NCBI GenBank assembly: GCA_964648795.1
Contig: CAZYMB010000005.1
Coordinates: 44,345 to 108,344, forward strand
DNA: 64,000 bases
Direction of reading: 5' to 3'
DNA from: an uncultured Acidimicrobiaceae bacterium
GTDB taxonomy: Bacteria; Actinomycetota; Acidimicrobiia; Acidimicrobiales; SZUA-35
A program made the translations under genes and the position numbers. Numbering within the stretch: the first letter of the stretch is position 1; every line of letters begins with the position of its first letter. Positions 1-9,113 of this stretch are shown here, piece after piece. Below the pieces are notes generated by a model, which ran no database searches, was not told the DNA's origin, and saw only the letters and a list, made by a program, of their open reading frames with translations.

Positions 1-909
1 TGTCCAGGCTTCGAAGGGCCATTGGCTCCTCTAGCTTCAGTGACATGTGAATTCGAGATTGAAGTCACAGATCCAAGCCACGTAAATGGTGCGGCTGCTA
101 CTGGAGGTCCAACAGACAACAACGGTGACCCAATCCTTACAGGTGGCGGCGAACCAGTACTCGACGAGGACGGAAACCCAGTTCTAGACGAAGACGGCAA
201 CCCAGTCCTAACCGAAGGTGAACCACTATTCGACAACCCTACTGCTGGCGATGATGCTGAGACTCTGTTCCCAGGAATCGACCTAGTAAAGGTTGCAGGA
301 GATGCGCCTGACGGTGAGGTTCTAATCTCAAGTGTTGAAGAGGTTACATTTACCTTCACTGTCACTAACACTGGTGGAACTCACTTGAGTGATACCCAAA
401 TCGTAGATGACGCTGGGACCCCTAGCGACACAACAGATGATGTAACGTTAACGTCAGCTGATTGCGCTGAACTGGCTGGACCACTAGCTCCAGGTGAGTC
501 CATTGAATGTACTCTGACTCTGAGCGTGACTGAGAGTCCGTACGTTAACAACGCTACGACTATTGGTACACCAACTGATGAAAACGGTGACCCTTACACT
601 TCGGGTGATGTTCCACTTCTTGATGAAGATGGTAACCCAGTCCTAGATGCAGACGGTAACCCAGTCTTGGTTCCAGGTGAACCATACGACTTGGCTGACG
701 TAACCGACGAAGACCCTGCAGAAGTAGAGATACCTGAAACTCTCGCTCTGACAGATGAATCTAGCGATTCTGCAGAAGAACCTGAAACTCCTCCACTAGC
801 ATTCACTGGAGCGACCACACTGCTTCTAGTATCAACGGCTCTATCAATACTGGCTGCAGGTACTTTGATGGTACTTGCCGCTCGAAGACGACGAGAGACC
901 GTAGCCTAA
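1..909 (+). CDS. Sortase-anchored surface protein, C-terminal part (5' truncated by window edge); DUF7507/DUF11-like Ig repeat(s) with LAFTG sorting signal
   Basis: Frame 1 is open from base 1. It contains an 'IDLVKVA...VTFTFTVTNTGGTHLSDTQIVD...LAPGESIECT...YVNNATTIG' Ig-like repeat. It ends with LAFTG (796-810), a hydrophobic helix and an RRRR tail, i.e. a class E-type actinobacterial sorting signal. Confidence 0.85.
   Translation, partial: CPGFEGPLAPLASVTCEFEIEVTDPSHVNGAAATGGPTDNNGDPILTGGGEPVLDEDGNPVLDEDGNPVLTEGEPLFDNPTAGDDAETLFPGIDLVKVAGDAPDGEVLISSVEEVTFTFTVTNTGGTHLSDTQIVDDAGTPSDTTDDVTLTSADCAELAGPLAPGESIECTLTLSVTESPYVNNATTIGTPTDENGDPYTSGDVPLLDEDGNPVLDADGNPVLVPGEPYDLADVTDEDPAEVEIPETLALTDESSDSAEEPETPPLAFTGATTLLLVSTALSILAAGTLMVLAARRRRETVA
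154..210 (+). repeat. Coding tandem repeat PVLDEDGN x2 + PVL (24-nt unit); second copy at 613-669
   Basis: Translation PVLDEDGNPVLDEDGNPVL at 154-210 and PLLDEDGNPVLDADGNPVL at 613-669. Confidence 0.9.
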
Positions 910-916
910 ATCCTTA

Positions 917-942
917 GTCTGGGCGGTTTAGGCCGCCCAGAC
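917..942 (+). terminator. GC-rich hairpin after surface-protein gene (terminator-like, no U-tract)
   Basis: gtctgggcgg-tttagg-ccgcccagac, a perfect 10-bp stem 7 nt after the stop codon. Confidence 0.6.
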
Positions 943-954
943 CTGGAAACACTG

Positions 955-1112
955 TTTGATCTAACCAAGAAGCTGGAGTCAGAAGCGGCTACAAAGTCCG
1001 GAAAGAAACCGACATCATGGACCCTTCCCTGAATCAAGGGGCCCATCAGCAAAAGGTCGAGCGGCAAGACCGCATCCATCCAGGTAGACTCATCAAGGTC
1101 CAAAGGAGGACC
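955..1112 (+). ncRNA. Candidate structured RNA / 5' leader upstream of RNA methyltransferase
   Basis: Nested complementary segments: ttgat/atcaa, gagtc/gactc, gcgg/ccgc, cgac/gtcg, atgg/ccat, ccc/ggg. A ggtcc/ggacc hairpin partly covers the GGAGG SD. No known family recognised. Confidence 0.3.
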
Positions 1113-1116
1113 GGCG

Positions 1117-2280
1117 GTGAAACTTACTACCGAACACATTATTGCTGGAGGCAAAGCCTTAGCTCGCCATGAAGACGGCAAAACAGTCTTTGTTAGAGGC
1201 GCTCTCGATTCTGAAACAGTCGATGTCGAGATCACTCGATCCAAGAAGGGTTTCGACGAAGCCGAAGTCATTCAGGTTATTGAGCCGAGCCCTAACCGTG
1301 TTTCGCCTAAGTGCACCCACGTCGCTGAAGGCTGTGGAGGCTGCGACTGGCAACATATTGATACAGCTCACCAATCCAAGCTTCGGGCTGACATAGTGGT
1401 TGAAAGTCTACGCAGAATAGCCAAGATAGAACATGCCGTCGAAACTGGGCCAACACTCCCCGACTTCAACTATCGCACCACCATGCGTTGTGGCGTAACT
1501 AACGGCAAAGTCGAGCTAAACAAGTACGCAAGCCACGAGACAATTCCTGTTCCAGACTGTCAAATAATTCATCCGGCCATGGCCGAGCTCATTACGGAGG
1601 GCGACTTTGGTAAGAATACCGAAGTGACTTTAAGAGTCAGTGATACAACAGGTAAGCGAATTGTCTTGGCCGAAACTGATCGTGGAGTCAACTTACCCGA
1701 CGATGTAGAGCTAGCGGTTGTATCAGGTCGTCCGAGTGAAGCATTCCTGACTGAAACCATATTAGGTACAGAGATTAGGTACAGTGCCGAGTCGTTCTTC
1801 CAGCCAAGCCGCCAGGCAGCCGAGAGCCTTGTCGAGACAGTTCGATCAATGATCGATGCGGATTTTTCAGGAACTCTCCTTGATGCCTACTGCGGCGTTG
1901 GCCTATTTGCCGCAACCGTAGCGTCCAATGCCAAGATCATTGCCGTCGAAAGCTCACCGAGTGCCGTTGAAGATGCAAAGGTTAATCTTAAAGAAGGTGC
2001 CCGAATTGTTGAGACCAGAATAGAAGACTTTGTCTGCCCTCCAGTCGACCTAGCTATAGTCGACCCTCCAAGAAAAGGTCTAGACAAGAAGGGTGTTAAA
2101 GCGATCCTAAACGGTAATCCAAGCCAGATCGTACTTGTTAGCTGTGACCCCGCATCGTTTGCCAGAGACACTGCCTTACTTATCGAAGCTGGCTTCGAGC
2201 TAGACAAAGTTGTAACGCTTGACAATTTCGCCCAAACATCACATATCGAGACGGTGGCCAACTTCGTCAAGAAGAGCTAG
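1117..2280 (+). CDS. RlmD/TrmA-family RNA (uracil-5)-methyltransferase with TRAM domain
   Basis: N-terminal TRAM region, 4Fe-4S motif CTHVAEGCGGC, SFFQ, LDAYCGVGLFA SAM motif, VDPPRKGL, VSCDPASFARD, HIE. GGAGG SD upstream. Confidence 0.92.
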   Translation: MKLTTEHIIAGGKALARHEDGKTVFVRGALDSETVDVEITRSKKGFDEAEVIQVIEPSPNRVSPKCTHVAEGCGGCDWQHIDTAHQSKLRADIVVESLRRIAKIEHAVETGPTLPDFNYRTTMRCGVTNGKVELNKYASHETIPVPDCQIIHPAMAELITEGDFGKNTEVTLRVSDTTGKRIVLAETDRGVNLPDDVELAVVSGRPSEAFLTETILGTEIRYSAESFFQPSRQAAESLVETVRSMIDADFSGTLLDAYCGVGLFAATVASNAKIIAVESSPSAVEDAKVNLKEGARIVETRIEDFVCPPVDLAIVDPPRKGLDKKGVKAILNGNPSQIVLVSCDPASFARDTALLIEAGFELDKVVTLDNFAQTSHIETVANFVKKS

Positions 2281-3281
2281 CGTCCTCTAAGGTTCTGCGC
2301 TGCAATCTTTCGTAGCTCAGAAGATTTATCTGTGATTCGGTCGACTCTGCTCGCAAACCGGTCCTGGCGTTCCACAGAGGTTCTGCTCATCGCTCTACAC
2401 GAAAGTTGCTTGGCCCTAACCGTGGCTTGCACTCTAGCTATTTCTGCTACCAGAGCTGGTCCTTTCGAAATCAGGGCGCCCCCTTTGCTCAACAACATGA
2501 ATAACTTCACTTCAAGGTTAGCTAGTTCGTATGCAGCCTCTAGCTGAGCCTCGTTCTGCGGAATTGATGCTTGCTCCCCTAGTACTGCAAATGAGTATTG
2601 AGAAGTTCTACGAACGGACGACGCAAGCCGTATCAATTCGACACTACTCAACGAGTCTGGTGCGTTCCTGACGATTCTTAGCCTATGGTTATTGCGTAAT
2701 TCTAATAGTCGTCGATATTGGTTCTCAGAAAGAGACTGACCAAGCGCAAGTAGCCGGGCTGATAGAAGCTCAATCGCTAGCTCGAGATCAACTAATGGTA
2801 GGTCAATGTTACGTTCCAACGACAACTCGTCTAGTTCTGCAATACGGTTATCGAAGAGAAAGCGAGCGTCACTCGTAAGACCAGACCTCTTGATGCTAAC
2901 GTCATTTTGAAGACCTAGAGCTAGCTTGTGGCTATCAACCAGATCCATTAGCTCAAAGAAAGAGGTCGCCCTAGTTTCTAGCTCAGTGGCCGTGGCGACC
3001 TTGGACACACGGCTCTTTAGCTCTGATCGATGAGATCGATTTCGATAGCCTGCTCGGACTAGATTCCCTGGCGTCTTTCTGATTAGAAGTTGCAACAAGC
3101 TTAAGCTCTCATCGTCCAATTCAAAGAGTTCATCACCAAGCGTCCAAAAACCGTCAATCGCTTCAGCAAGCTTCTTTTGACTCCCTGAACCAACTCCTAG
3201 AAACTGAACAGCCGCTAGAAGTTCCTTAGTCAGCTTTCCGACTCGCCCCGCTCCGCTCATATCAAGATTGATTCTAGCCAT
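2277..3281 (-). CDS. Hypothetical helical protein (334 aa)
   Basis: Long ORF filling the gap between two genes, Leu/Arg/Ser-rich, no recognised motif. Confidence 0.7.
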   Translation of the reverse strand: MARINLDMSGAGRVGKLTKELLAAVQFLGVGSGSQKKLAEAIDGFWTLGDELFELDDESLSLLQLLIRKTPGNLVRAGYRNRSHRSELKSRVSKVATATELETRATSFFELMDLVDSHKLALGLQNDVSIKRSGLTSDARFLFDNRIAELDELSLERNIDLPLVDLELAIELLSARLLALGQSLSENQYRRLLELRNNHRLRIVRNAPDSLSSVELIRLASSVRRTSQYSFAVLGEQASIPQNEAQLEAAYELANLEVKLFMLLSKGGALISKGPALVAEIARVQATVRAKQLSCRAMSRTSVERQDRFASRVDRITDKSSELRKIAAQNLRGR

Positions 3282-3286
3282 AAGAT

Positions 3287-4252
3287 ATGAGGAAACAGTA
3301 CGCTAGAAGGATGGTTGTGAACCTACTCGACACGCTGATTGACCCTATTGCACCAATTAGCTTTACCAAGCTGGGCTACAAGTTACGCTCATACATCAAT
3401 TCTTGGGAAGAGTTTGGCGGCTCCGACCTTACTATCGCTATCACTGGCCCAACTTCTGGGCTGGGCCGGCAACTCGCTATCGAACTGGACGCTATGGGCG
3501 CCAACCTAATACTAGTTGCTCGTAATGAACCCAAACTCGAAACCCTTCTGACAGAGCTTCCAGGCAAAGACAAACATTCAACTATTCTCTGCGACCTAAC
3601 CAAACCAGCATCTATTCAGTCAGCTTGCAAGGAGCTAAACGGGCTTGAGAACCTAGACGTCTTGGTTCACAACGCAGGAACCATTTTCGACTCACATTCC
3701 CTCATAGACGGCAGCGAACAAACCTTGTTCTCACATGTCATTGCCCCATTCGCCCTATCCGCTGCAGCTACACCTGCTTTGACGGCTAGCCAATCTGGGC
3801 GAATTGTCTACGTCGCAAGCGGTGGCCTATACACACAGGCCGTCGATATAGCCGACCTAGACCTGGCAGCCAAACCTGAAGATTTCAATGGCACGCGAGC
3901 TTACGCCAGGGCTAAGCGAATCCAGACTATTATTACTAGCGAAGCTTCGAAAGAATCACCAAAACCCATTCAACTTGCCGCGCACCCCGGGTGGGTCGAC
4001 ACTCCCGGCCTAGAGAAGTTACTTCCAGGCTTTCACAAACTACTGAAACCCGTATTGCGAACCCCCTCCCAAGGCGTCGACACAATCCGTTGGCTAGCTA
4101 CCACCTCAGTAGACAATCTCACTAATGGTGCTTTCTATCACGACAGAGAACCCAGATCTACTAGCTACATCCCTGGTACTCGCACAAGCCCATCAGACTC
4201 AAAGGAAATCTACGAAATTGTGAAAGCACGAGCAGCCAAGCTAACTAACTAG
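3287..4252 (+). CDS. Short-chain dehydrogenase/reductase (DHRS12-like)
   Basis: TGPTSGLG Rossmann motif, HNAG, YARAK catalytic YxxxK, HPGWVDTPG. Confidence 0.9.
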   Translation: MRKQYARRMVVNLLDTLIDPIAPISFTKLGYKLRSYINSWEEFGGSDLTIAITGPTSGLGRQLAIELDAMGANLILVARNEPKLETLLTELPGKDKHSTILCDLTKPASIQSACKELNGLENLDVLVHNAGTIFDSHSLIDGSEQTLFSHVIAPFALSAAATPALTASQSGRIVYVASGGLYTQAVDIADLDLAAKPEDFNGTRAYARAKRIQTIITSEASKESPKPIQLAAHPGWVDTPGLEKLLPGFHKLLKPVLRTPSQGVDTIRWLATTSVDNLTNGAFYHDREPRSTSYIPGTRTSPSDSKEIYEIVKARAAKLTN

Positions 4253-4739
4253 TCGGCCTTGCCATAACAAAGACCTGTGCTTGTTTTAGGTAGCGCTCTC
4301 CACCGTCATCTAGCTCGTACCAACTCTCAGTAGATTCACTTTCCACCTGGTATCCAAGCCTTTCATAAAGTCGCCTTGCACCTTGGTTGTGCTTTTCTAC
4401 ATTCAAGTACACGCGTGATACCTTGTTGCTGGCCACAGCTTCTAACGCTTCGACCAATTTTGTGCCTATACCTAACCCACGAAGCTCGGGTCGAACAATT
4501 AGCATCCAAAGTTTGGCAGAACCCGGTTCAATCGAGTATTCAGCGCCGCCGTAGCAGACCACCCGACCGTCTTTGTCTCTGCCAGCGATCATGTCAGTCT
4601 CGCCTAGCTCAGAACGCCTAACTGCATCAGCCACGTAGTCGATATGAATTGGACCGCCTGACCAGCCTAACTTGTCGACAGTTGTTTCATCGATTGTCAA
4701 AGGTGCAAAGGTAATCTCATCCGGACTTTGGCTATGCAT
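4245..4739 (-). CDS. GNAT family N-acetyltransferase
   Basis: VRPELRGLGIGTKL acetyl-CoA motif A and N..ARRLYERLGY motif B. Confidence 0.9.
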   Translation of the reverse strand: MHSQSPDEITFAPLTIDETTVDKLGWSGGPIHIDYVADAVRRSELGETDMIAGRDKDGRVVCYGGAEYSIEPGSAKLWMLIVRPELRGLGIGTKLVEALEAVASNKVSRVYLNVEKHNQGARRLYERLGYQVESESTESWYELDDGGERYLKQAQVFVMARPTS

Positions 4740-5691
4740 CTAGGTACTTAGTCACTGCAACAAATGATGAAACTAGGCCCAGAGCACCGCCAGCTAGAAT
4801 CAGGAGGAAGCCAATACCAATCTGGTCGGTGACATCAAGTTGTAGACCTTGGAAAGTGCTACCGATCTCTTCGATTTGGGGCAGGAACCACCGGTTCGCA
4901 GCCCATACAAATAACACACTAACCGTAGCCCCGATGACTCCCTGAATAAATGCCTCAAGCATGAACGGGATACGAATAAACCATTTAGACGCACCTACAA
5001 GGCTCATCACTTCAATCTCACGTCGTCGAGCAAACACAGCTGTTCGAATTGAGTTGTACATCAACAAGCTTGCTGCCAAACCGGCTACGCCCGCTGCCAC
5101 GTTCATTAACCAACCGGTGATCTGCGAAAAGCGCTGTACATTCTCGAGCAGATCTTCGGCAGCAGATACTGCCCTAACACCTGGTTCGTCGACATAGCGC
5201 TCTCGGAAATCTTCGATCAACCCTGGGTCAGTACTAGCTGGAATGACCCGGAACGATTCAGGCATTGCATCTTCTGTGACTAAATCAAGAATCTGGGGCG
5301 AATCAGCAAAGAACTCCTGAAATTCGATAAATGTCTGGGCTCTATCTACAAAGTTTTCTTCTTGAACTAACTCCGAGCTTTCCAAATCATTCTCGATCCT
5401 GGCAATCGTTCTAGCGTATTGTGCCTCTTGTTCTTCACAAGTAGCGCGAAGAGCCTCGTTGTCGCCGTCACAGTCAGCACGATTGTCTACTGGGTCGGTC
5501 AGCCAAATATCAAACTCGATCTCGTCTTCGAATCGCCCGCTCAGGTTTCCTACAGCTCTTTGCGAACCAATTGCTAAACCAACCAAAGACAAAGCAATAG
5601 CTACTGTGAGGATGGTACCAAGAGTCAGCGACGCATTACGCCAGAAGTTATTGCCTGTTTCTTTTGCAAGATAGTCAACTCTAACAGCCAT
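4732..5691 (-). CDS. ftsX: Cell division permease FtsX
   Basis: 4-TM pattern, NSIRTAVFARRREIEVMSLVGASKWFIRIPFMLEA signature, directly downstream of ftsE. Confidence 0.93.
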   Translation of the reverse strand: MAVRVDYLAKETGNNFWRNASLTLGTILTVAIALSLVGLAIGSQRAVGNLSGRFEDEIEFDIWLTDPVDNRADCDGDNEALRATCEEQEAQYARTIARIENDLESSELVQEENFVDRAQTFIEFQEFFADSPQILDLVTEDAMPESFRVIPASTDPGLIEDFRERYVDEPGVRAVSAAEDLLENVQRFSQITGWLMNVAAGVAGLAASLLMYNSIRTAVFARRREIEVMSLVGASKWFIRIPFMLEAFIQGVIGATVSVLFVWAANRWFLPQIEEIGSTFQGLQLDVTDQIGIGFLLILAGGALGLVSSFVAVTKYLDA

Positions 5692-5693
5692 GA

Positions 5694-6374
5694 TTACTCG
5701 TAGTTTCCTCTGACCTCGTCGCGAATGAGCTGTCCTTCAGAAAGCTCGATAACACGTTTGCGCATGGTATCTACAATGCCCCTATCATGAGTTGCCATAA
5801 CAACGGTTGTACCAGTTTTGTTGATCCGGTCAAGTAAGCGCATGATACCAATCGAAGTTTGAGGGTCCAAGTTACCGGTTGGTTCGTCGGCAAGCATTAT
5901 TAGAGGACGGTTTACGAAAGCTCGTGCAATCGATACACGCTGCTGCTCGCCACCAGAAAGTTGATCTGGATACTTGTCCATCTTGTCTTTGAGGCCTACA
6001 AGTTCGCAAATAACTGGAACTTGTTTGTTAATGAGCTTCTTACTGCCACCAATAACTTCTAAGGCGAATGATACGTTTTCGAAAACTGTTTTATTTGGGA
6101 GCAACTTAAAGTCCTGAAAGATCGAGCCTATGTTGCGTCGCAAGAGAGGCACCTTCCAAGGTGACAGCTTTGCAATGTCTTTACCAGCTACAAAGATGCG
6201 TCCACGATCTGGGTCTTCTTGTTTGGTGAGGAGTCGCAACATAGTTGACTTGCCGGATCCAGATGGGCCGACTAGAAATACGAAATCTCCCTTGGAGATA
6301 TCAATGTCAGCCTGATTCAGGGCAGCACGCGCTTGTCCCTCGTACCTTTTCGACACGCCCTCAAGTCTTATCAT
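5694..6374 (-). CDS. ftsE: Cell division ATP-binding protein FtsE
   Basis: GPSGSGKST Walker [31 protein letters not shown]. Start moved to MIRLEG at 6374. Confidence 0.95.
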   Translation of the reverse strand: MIRLEGVSKRYEGQARAALNQADIDISKGDFVFLVGPSGSGKSTMLRLLTKQEDPDRGRIFVAGKDIAKLSPWKVPLLRRNIGSIFQDFKLLPNKTVFENVSFALEVIGGSKKLINKQVPVICELVGLKDKMDKYPDQLSGGEQQRVSIARAFVNRPLIMLADEPTGNLDPQTSIGIMRLLDRINKTGTTVVMATHDRGIVDTMRKRVIELSEGQLIRDEVRGNYE

Positions 6375-6488
6375 TAGAACAAAACCACCCCAAAATGTGT
6401 ACCCACAGCGTACCTCATACACCGCCTAATTTGGCGAAATAGTCCAAACGGACCCACCACAAACGCCCGAATTGACCGATCCTAAAGT

Positions 6489-7193
6489 ATGGAGACGAAC
6501 ACTCAGGCCCACAATGGCTCTGAACAGCTTAAAAACAGCTTCCAAGCTATTGCTCTTGCCGCTCGCCAATTTGTCGAGCAAAGTTCCAAAGAGTCCTATG
6601 CAGAACTAGACCTTAGTGCAGAAGAGCTAAATAGGGCACAAGATTTCTTTACTCACAATACGCAGATTTCGCCTACTGATTTCTGGGACACTACTGCAGC
6701 GTTGCGCTCATCCTTATTGTCAAAAGCTCTGCTAAACATCGTCGATGAATCTCGTAGCTCGATTATCGAACAGCTAACCGCTGCAGCTGCGCAAGGAACA
6801 CAGCATAGCCTCAGCGAAGTTCCGGCCGAACAAATACTAATGACCGGCGGGGACCTTCAAATTCAGGAACTGACTCCCACTCAGGCCTTTACCCACAGCC
6901 TTAACTCTATTTACCGGCCAATAACTGATTACAACCAGATCGACAGAGTTGGCGATCTTTGGCAGACGCAGTTACACAACGAAGCGTTAAACCTGGCACG
7001 GGAATCGAGGAGTGAATCTAATGCAGACTTTATCTTGGAAGTCCAATTAGCTGAAACCACTCTCATGGTAGATGCCCCTTGGATTTACACTGACCGCTTA
7101 CTTTGTGCTTTTGAGCTTGCCCACAAAAAGATTCAGAAGCACACTCAGCAGACTAAGCAAACACTGACAACGGTCTTTGAAGATCTCTTGTAG
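6489..7193 (+). CDS. Hypothetical protein (234 aa)
   Basis: Long ORF in the gap divergent from ftsE, helical composition, no motif recognised. Confidence 0.65.
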   Translation: METNTQAHNGSEQLKNSFQAIALAARQFVEQSSKESYAELDLSAEELNRAQDFFTHNTQISPTDFWDTTAALRSSLLSKALLNIVDESRSSIIEQLTAAAAQGTQHSLSEVPAEQILMTGGDLQIQELTPTQAFTHSLNSIYRPITDYNQIDRVGDLWQTQLHNEALNLARESRSESNADFILEVQLAETTLMVDAPWIYTDRLLCAFELAHKKIQKHTQQTKQTLTTVFEDLL

Positions 7194-7204
7194 CATCGCT
7201 ATTA

Positions 7205-7483
7205 GTGCTTCTGATTTCGATACTACTTTTAATCCTTGGGTACTCTCTTGTGCTTCCCGCTATGGCGAAGTATTCAACATTGCTAACCCAGAAGACTAAT
7301 GTCGGGCGCTTATGGCTAGTGGCTCACCAATTGGGTCTCTTGATTGCTGCTTTGGGCTGGGCACTTCGAAGACAACTTTGGCTAGCGGTCGGCCACGTGT
7401 TAGTAGCGCTTATCCTAAAGTACTTTTTTGATTCTCAACAACGGCGCCAACAGACGCAGCAACCTTCCCAGCGTGATGGCTAG
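7205..7483 (+). CDS. Small membrane protein (about 3 TM)
   Basis: Hydrophobic segments. TAGCAT-N8-GTG leaderless-type start. Stop overlaps the lipA 3' end. Confidence 0.6.
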   Translation: MLLISILLLILGYSLVLPAMAKYSTLLTQKTNVGRLWLVAHQLGLLIAALGWALRRQLWLAVGHVLVALILKYFFDSQQRRQQTQQPSQRDG

Positions 7484-9113
7484 ATCGAGTCAATGGGGTT
7501 GCTTCAACATGGCTTATCCCAACGGACTCCCCATATTCTTTGAGCTCAGTAAACTCAGCGGGAGTCACCCAACGAGAAATTGGTAGATGGTGACTGGTGG
7601 GACGCAGGTACTGGCCGATCGTCGCAATCTTTACGCCAACGTTCGCTAGATCACGCAAGGTAGCTTTTACTTCTAGCTCAGTTTCACCCATTCCTAAGAT
7701 GAGGCCAGACTTGGTAACCATCCCGGCCTCTGCCCCCCTAGCAAGTAATGCCATCGACCGGTTATAGCTAGCCGAGGGACGCACTGCTCTCTGCAGGCGA
7801 GCTACGGTCTCAATATTGTGATTTAGAATCTCTGGCCTGGCACTCATTACAGTTTCTAACGATGATCGCTCACCTGCTAAATCGCTAATTAGAACTTCTA
7901 CCCCAACGCCTGGACACTGCTTGTGAATCTGATTGATGGTGTCGGCAACTATTGCGGCTCCACCATCGGCCAAATCGTCTCTAGCCACCATTGTCAGTAC
8001 TGCAAAGTCAATTCCTAGGTCCGTAACTGTGTTTGCAACTTTAACTGGCTCATCTAGATCGATCGCTCCGGGCTTTCGAGTATCCACCAGACAGAACCCG
8101 CAGGCACGAGTACAACGCTCCCCTAACAGCATGAATGTAGCCGTGCCTTCATTCCAACATTCATAAATGTTTGGGCACCCAGCCGATTCACAAACTGTCG
8201 CTAGGTTTAATTCAGAGCTGCGCTTAGCAATTTTCGAGTAGTTCTCGCCAACGGTAAACTTAACTTTCATCCACTCAGGCTTGCGTTCCGATATCTGCAG
8301 CCCTTCTGTGACACCGGCTGTCGAAAGCCTGCTCTTAAGACGGACTGAGACCCCATCGGGCTCTGGTTTGATTGGTTCGCCTGGTCCTGCACCTGAGGAG
8401 AACAAACTTAGATCAACGCTATGGTTGTTGTGCACTACTCCTTCATAATGCGTTTCACCGGTACCTAATAGCGCAGTGCCAACTTTGCTTACGATTAGGT
8501 CCGCAATCGTTTCCATTGAAACATCTATGCCCAATTCGGCGAGCGAGGTTACACCCTTGTCTTCGATGCCACATGGGATGATTTTTTCAAACCATGAAAG
8601 ATCGGTTGAGACGTTGATAGCGAAGCCATGCATCGTTCGGCCCCGTGATTGCCTCACCCCTATGGCGGCAACCTTTTGCGGGTTCGAACCAGCTGTCCAA
8701 ACGCCGGGTGATCCTTTGATTAGCTGCGTTGCGCATCCGAGTTCTTCTAGGACAGATATGACCAGCTTTTCTATCGAGGAAACATAGCTGGCAGATCCGA
8801 AAGTTGTGCCATCTTCCAAAGTGACTATTGGATAGCCAACTAGCTGGCCAGGACCATGGAAAGTGACATCTCCACCCCGCCGAACCTGCTCGACTGGAGC
8901 GCCCAGCTGTTCACGAGGTTTCCTAAAGTTGGTACTACCTCGTACACCTATTGTGTAAACAGGCTCATGTTCGCACAACAATAAATAGTTGGCTCTGCCA
9001 GAAAATAGTCGCTTCTGAAGATCAAGGGTCTCTAAGTACTGCGTCTTCCCCAGCCAGCGAGCCTCAAGAACCCGCCCAACTGATTCGCTACCCGAGCTCT
9101 GATTCCCAGTCAC
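7410..9113 (-). CDS. lipA: Fused octanoyltransferase LipB - lipoyl synthase LipA
   Basis: N-half has LipB motifs (CEHEPVYTIG, RGGDVTFHGPGQLVGYP, KVAAIG, HGFAIN, IIPCGI). C-half has CESAGCPNIYEC, CTRACGFC and RSSHHA. The nearest in-frame GTG (9113) overlaps the dlaT end, so the start is uncertain. Confidence 0.93.
   Translation of the reverse strand: MTGNQSSGSESVGRVLEARWLGKTQYLETLDLQKRLFSGRANYLLLCEHEPVYTIGVRGSTNFRKPREQLGAPVEQVRRGGDVTFHGPGQLVGYPIVTLEDGTTFGSASYVSSIEKLVISVLEELGCATQLIKGSPGVWTAGSNPQKVAAIGVRQSRGRTMHGFAINVSTDLSWFEKIIPCGIEDKGVTSLAELGIDVSMETIADLIVSKVGTALLGTGETHYEGVVHNNHSVDLSLFSSGAGPGEPIKPEPDGVSVRLKSRLSTAGVTEGLQISERKPEWMKVKFTVGENYSKIAKRSSELNLATVCESAGCPNIYECWNEGTATFMLLGERCTRACGFCLVDTRKPGAIDLDEPVKVANTVTDLGIDFAVLTMVARDDLADGGAAIVADTINQIHKQCPGVGVEVLISDLAGERSSLETVMSARPEILNHNIETVARLQRAVRPSASYNRSMALLARGAEAGMVTKSGLILGMGETELEVKATLRDLANVGVKIATIGQYLRPTSHHLPISRWVTPAEFTELKEYGESVGISHVEATPLTRSSHHAGKVAASVGAVVENQKSTLG

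Noticed and set aside
993-1010. aaagtccgg resembling the RNase P RNA core
   Set aside because: The region is too short and the conserved 3' ACAGAAxxCGGCUUA partner is absent.
910-1116. In-frame continuation from the surface protein through TGA 1030 into the methyltransferase (read-through or selenocysteine idea)
   Set aside because: Stop-free runs of 40 and 28 codons are likely by chance. There is no start codon or SECIS-like context, and a terminator hairpin and good SD argue against it.
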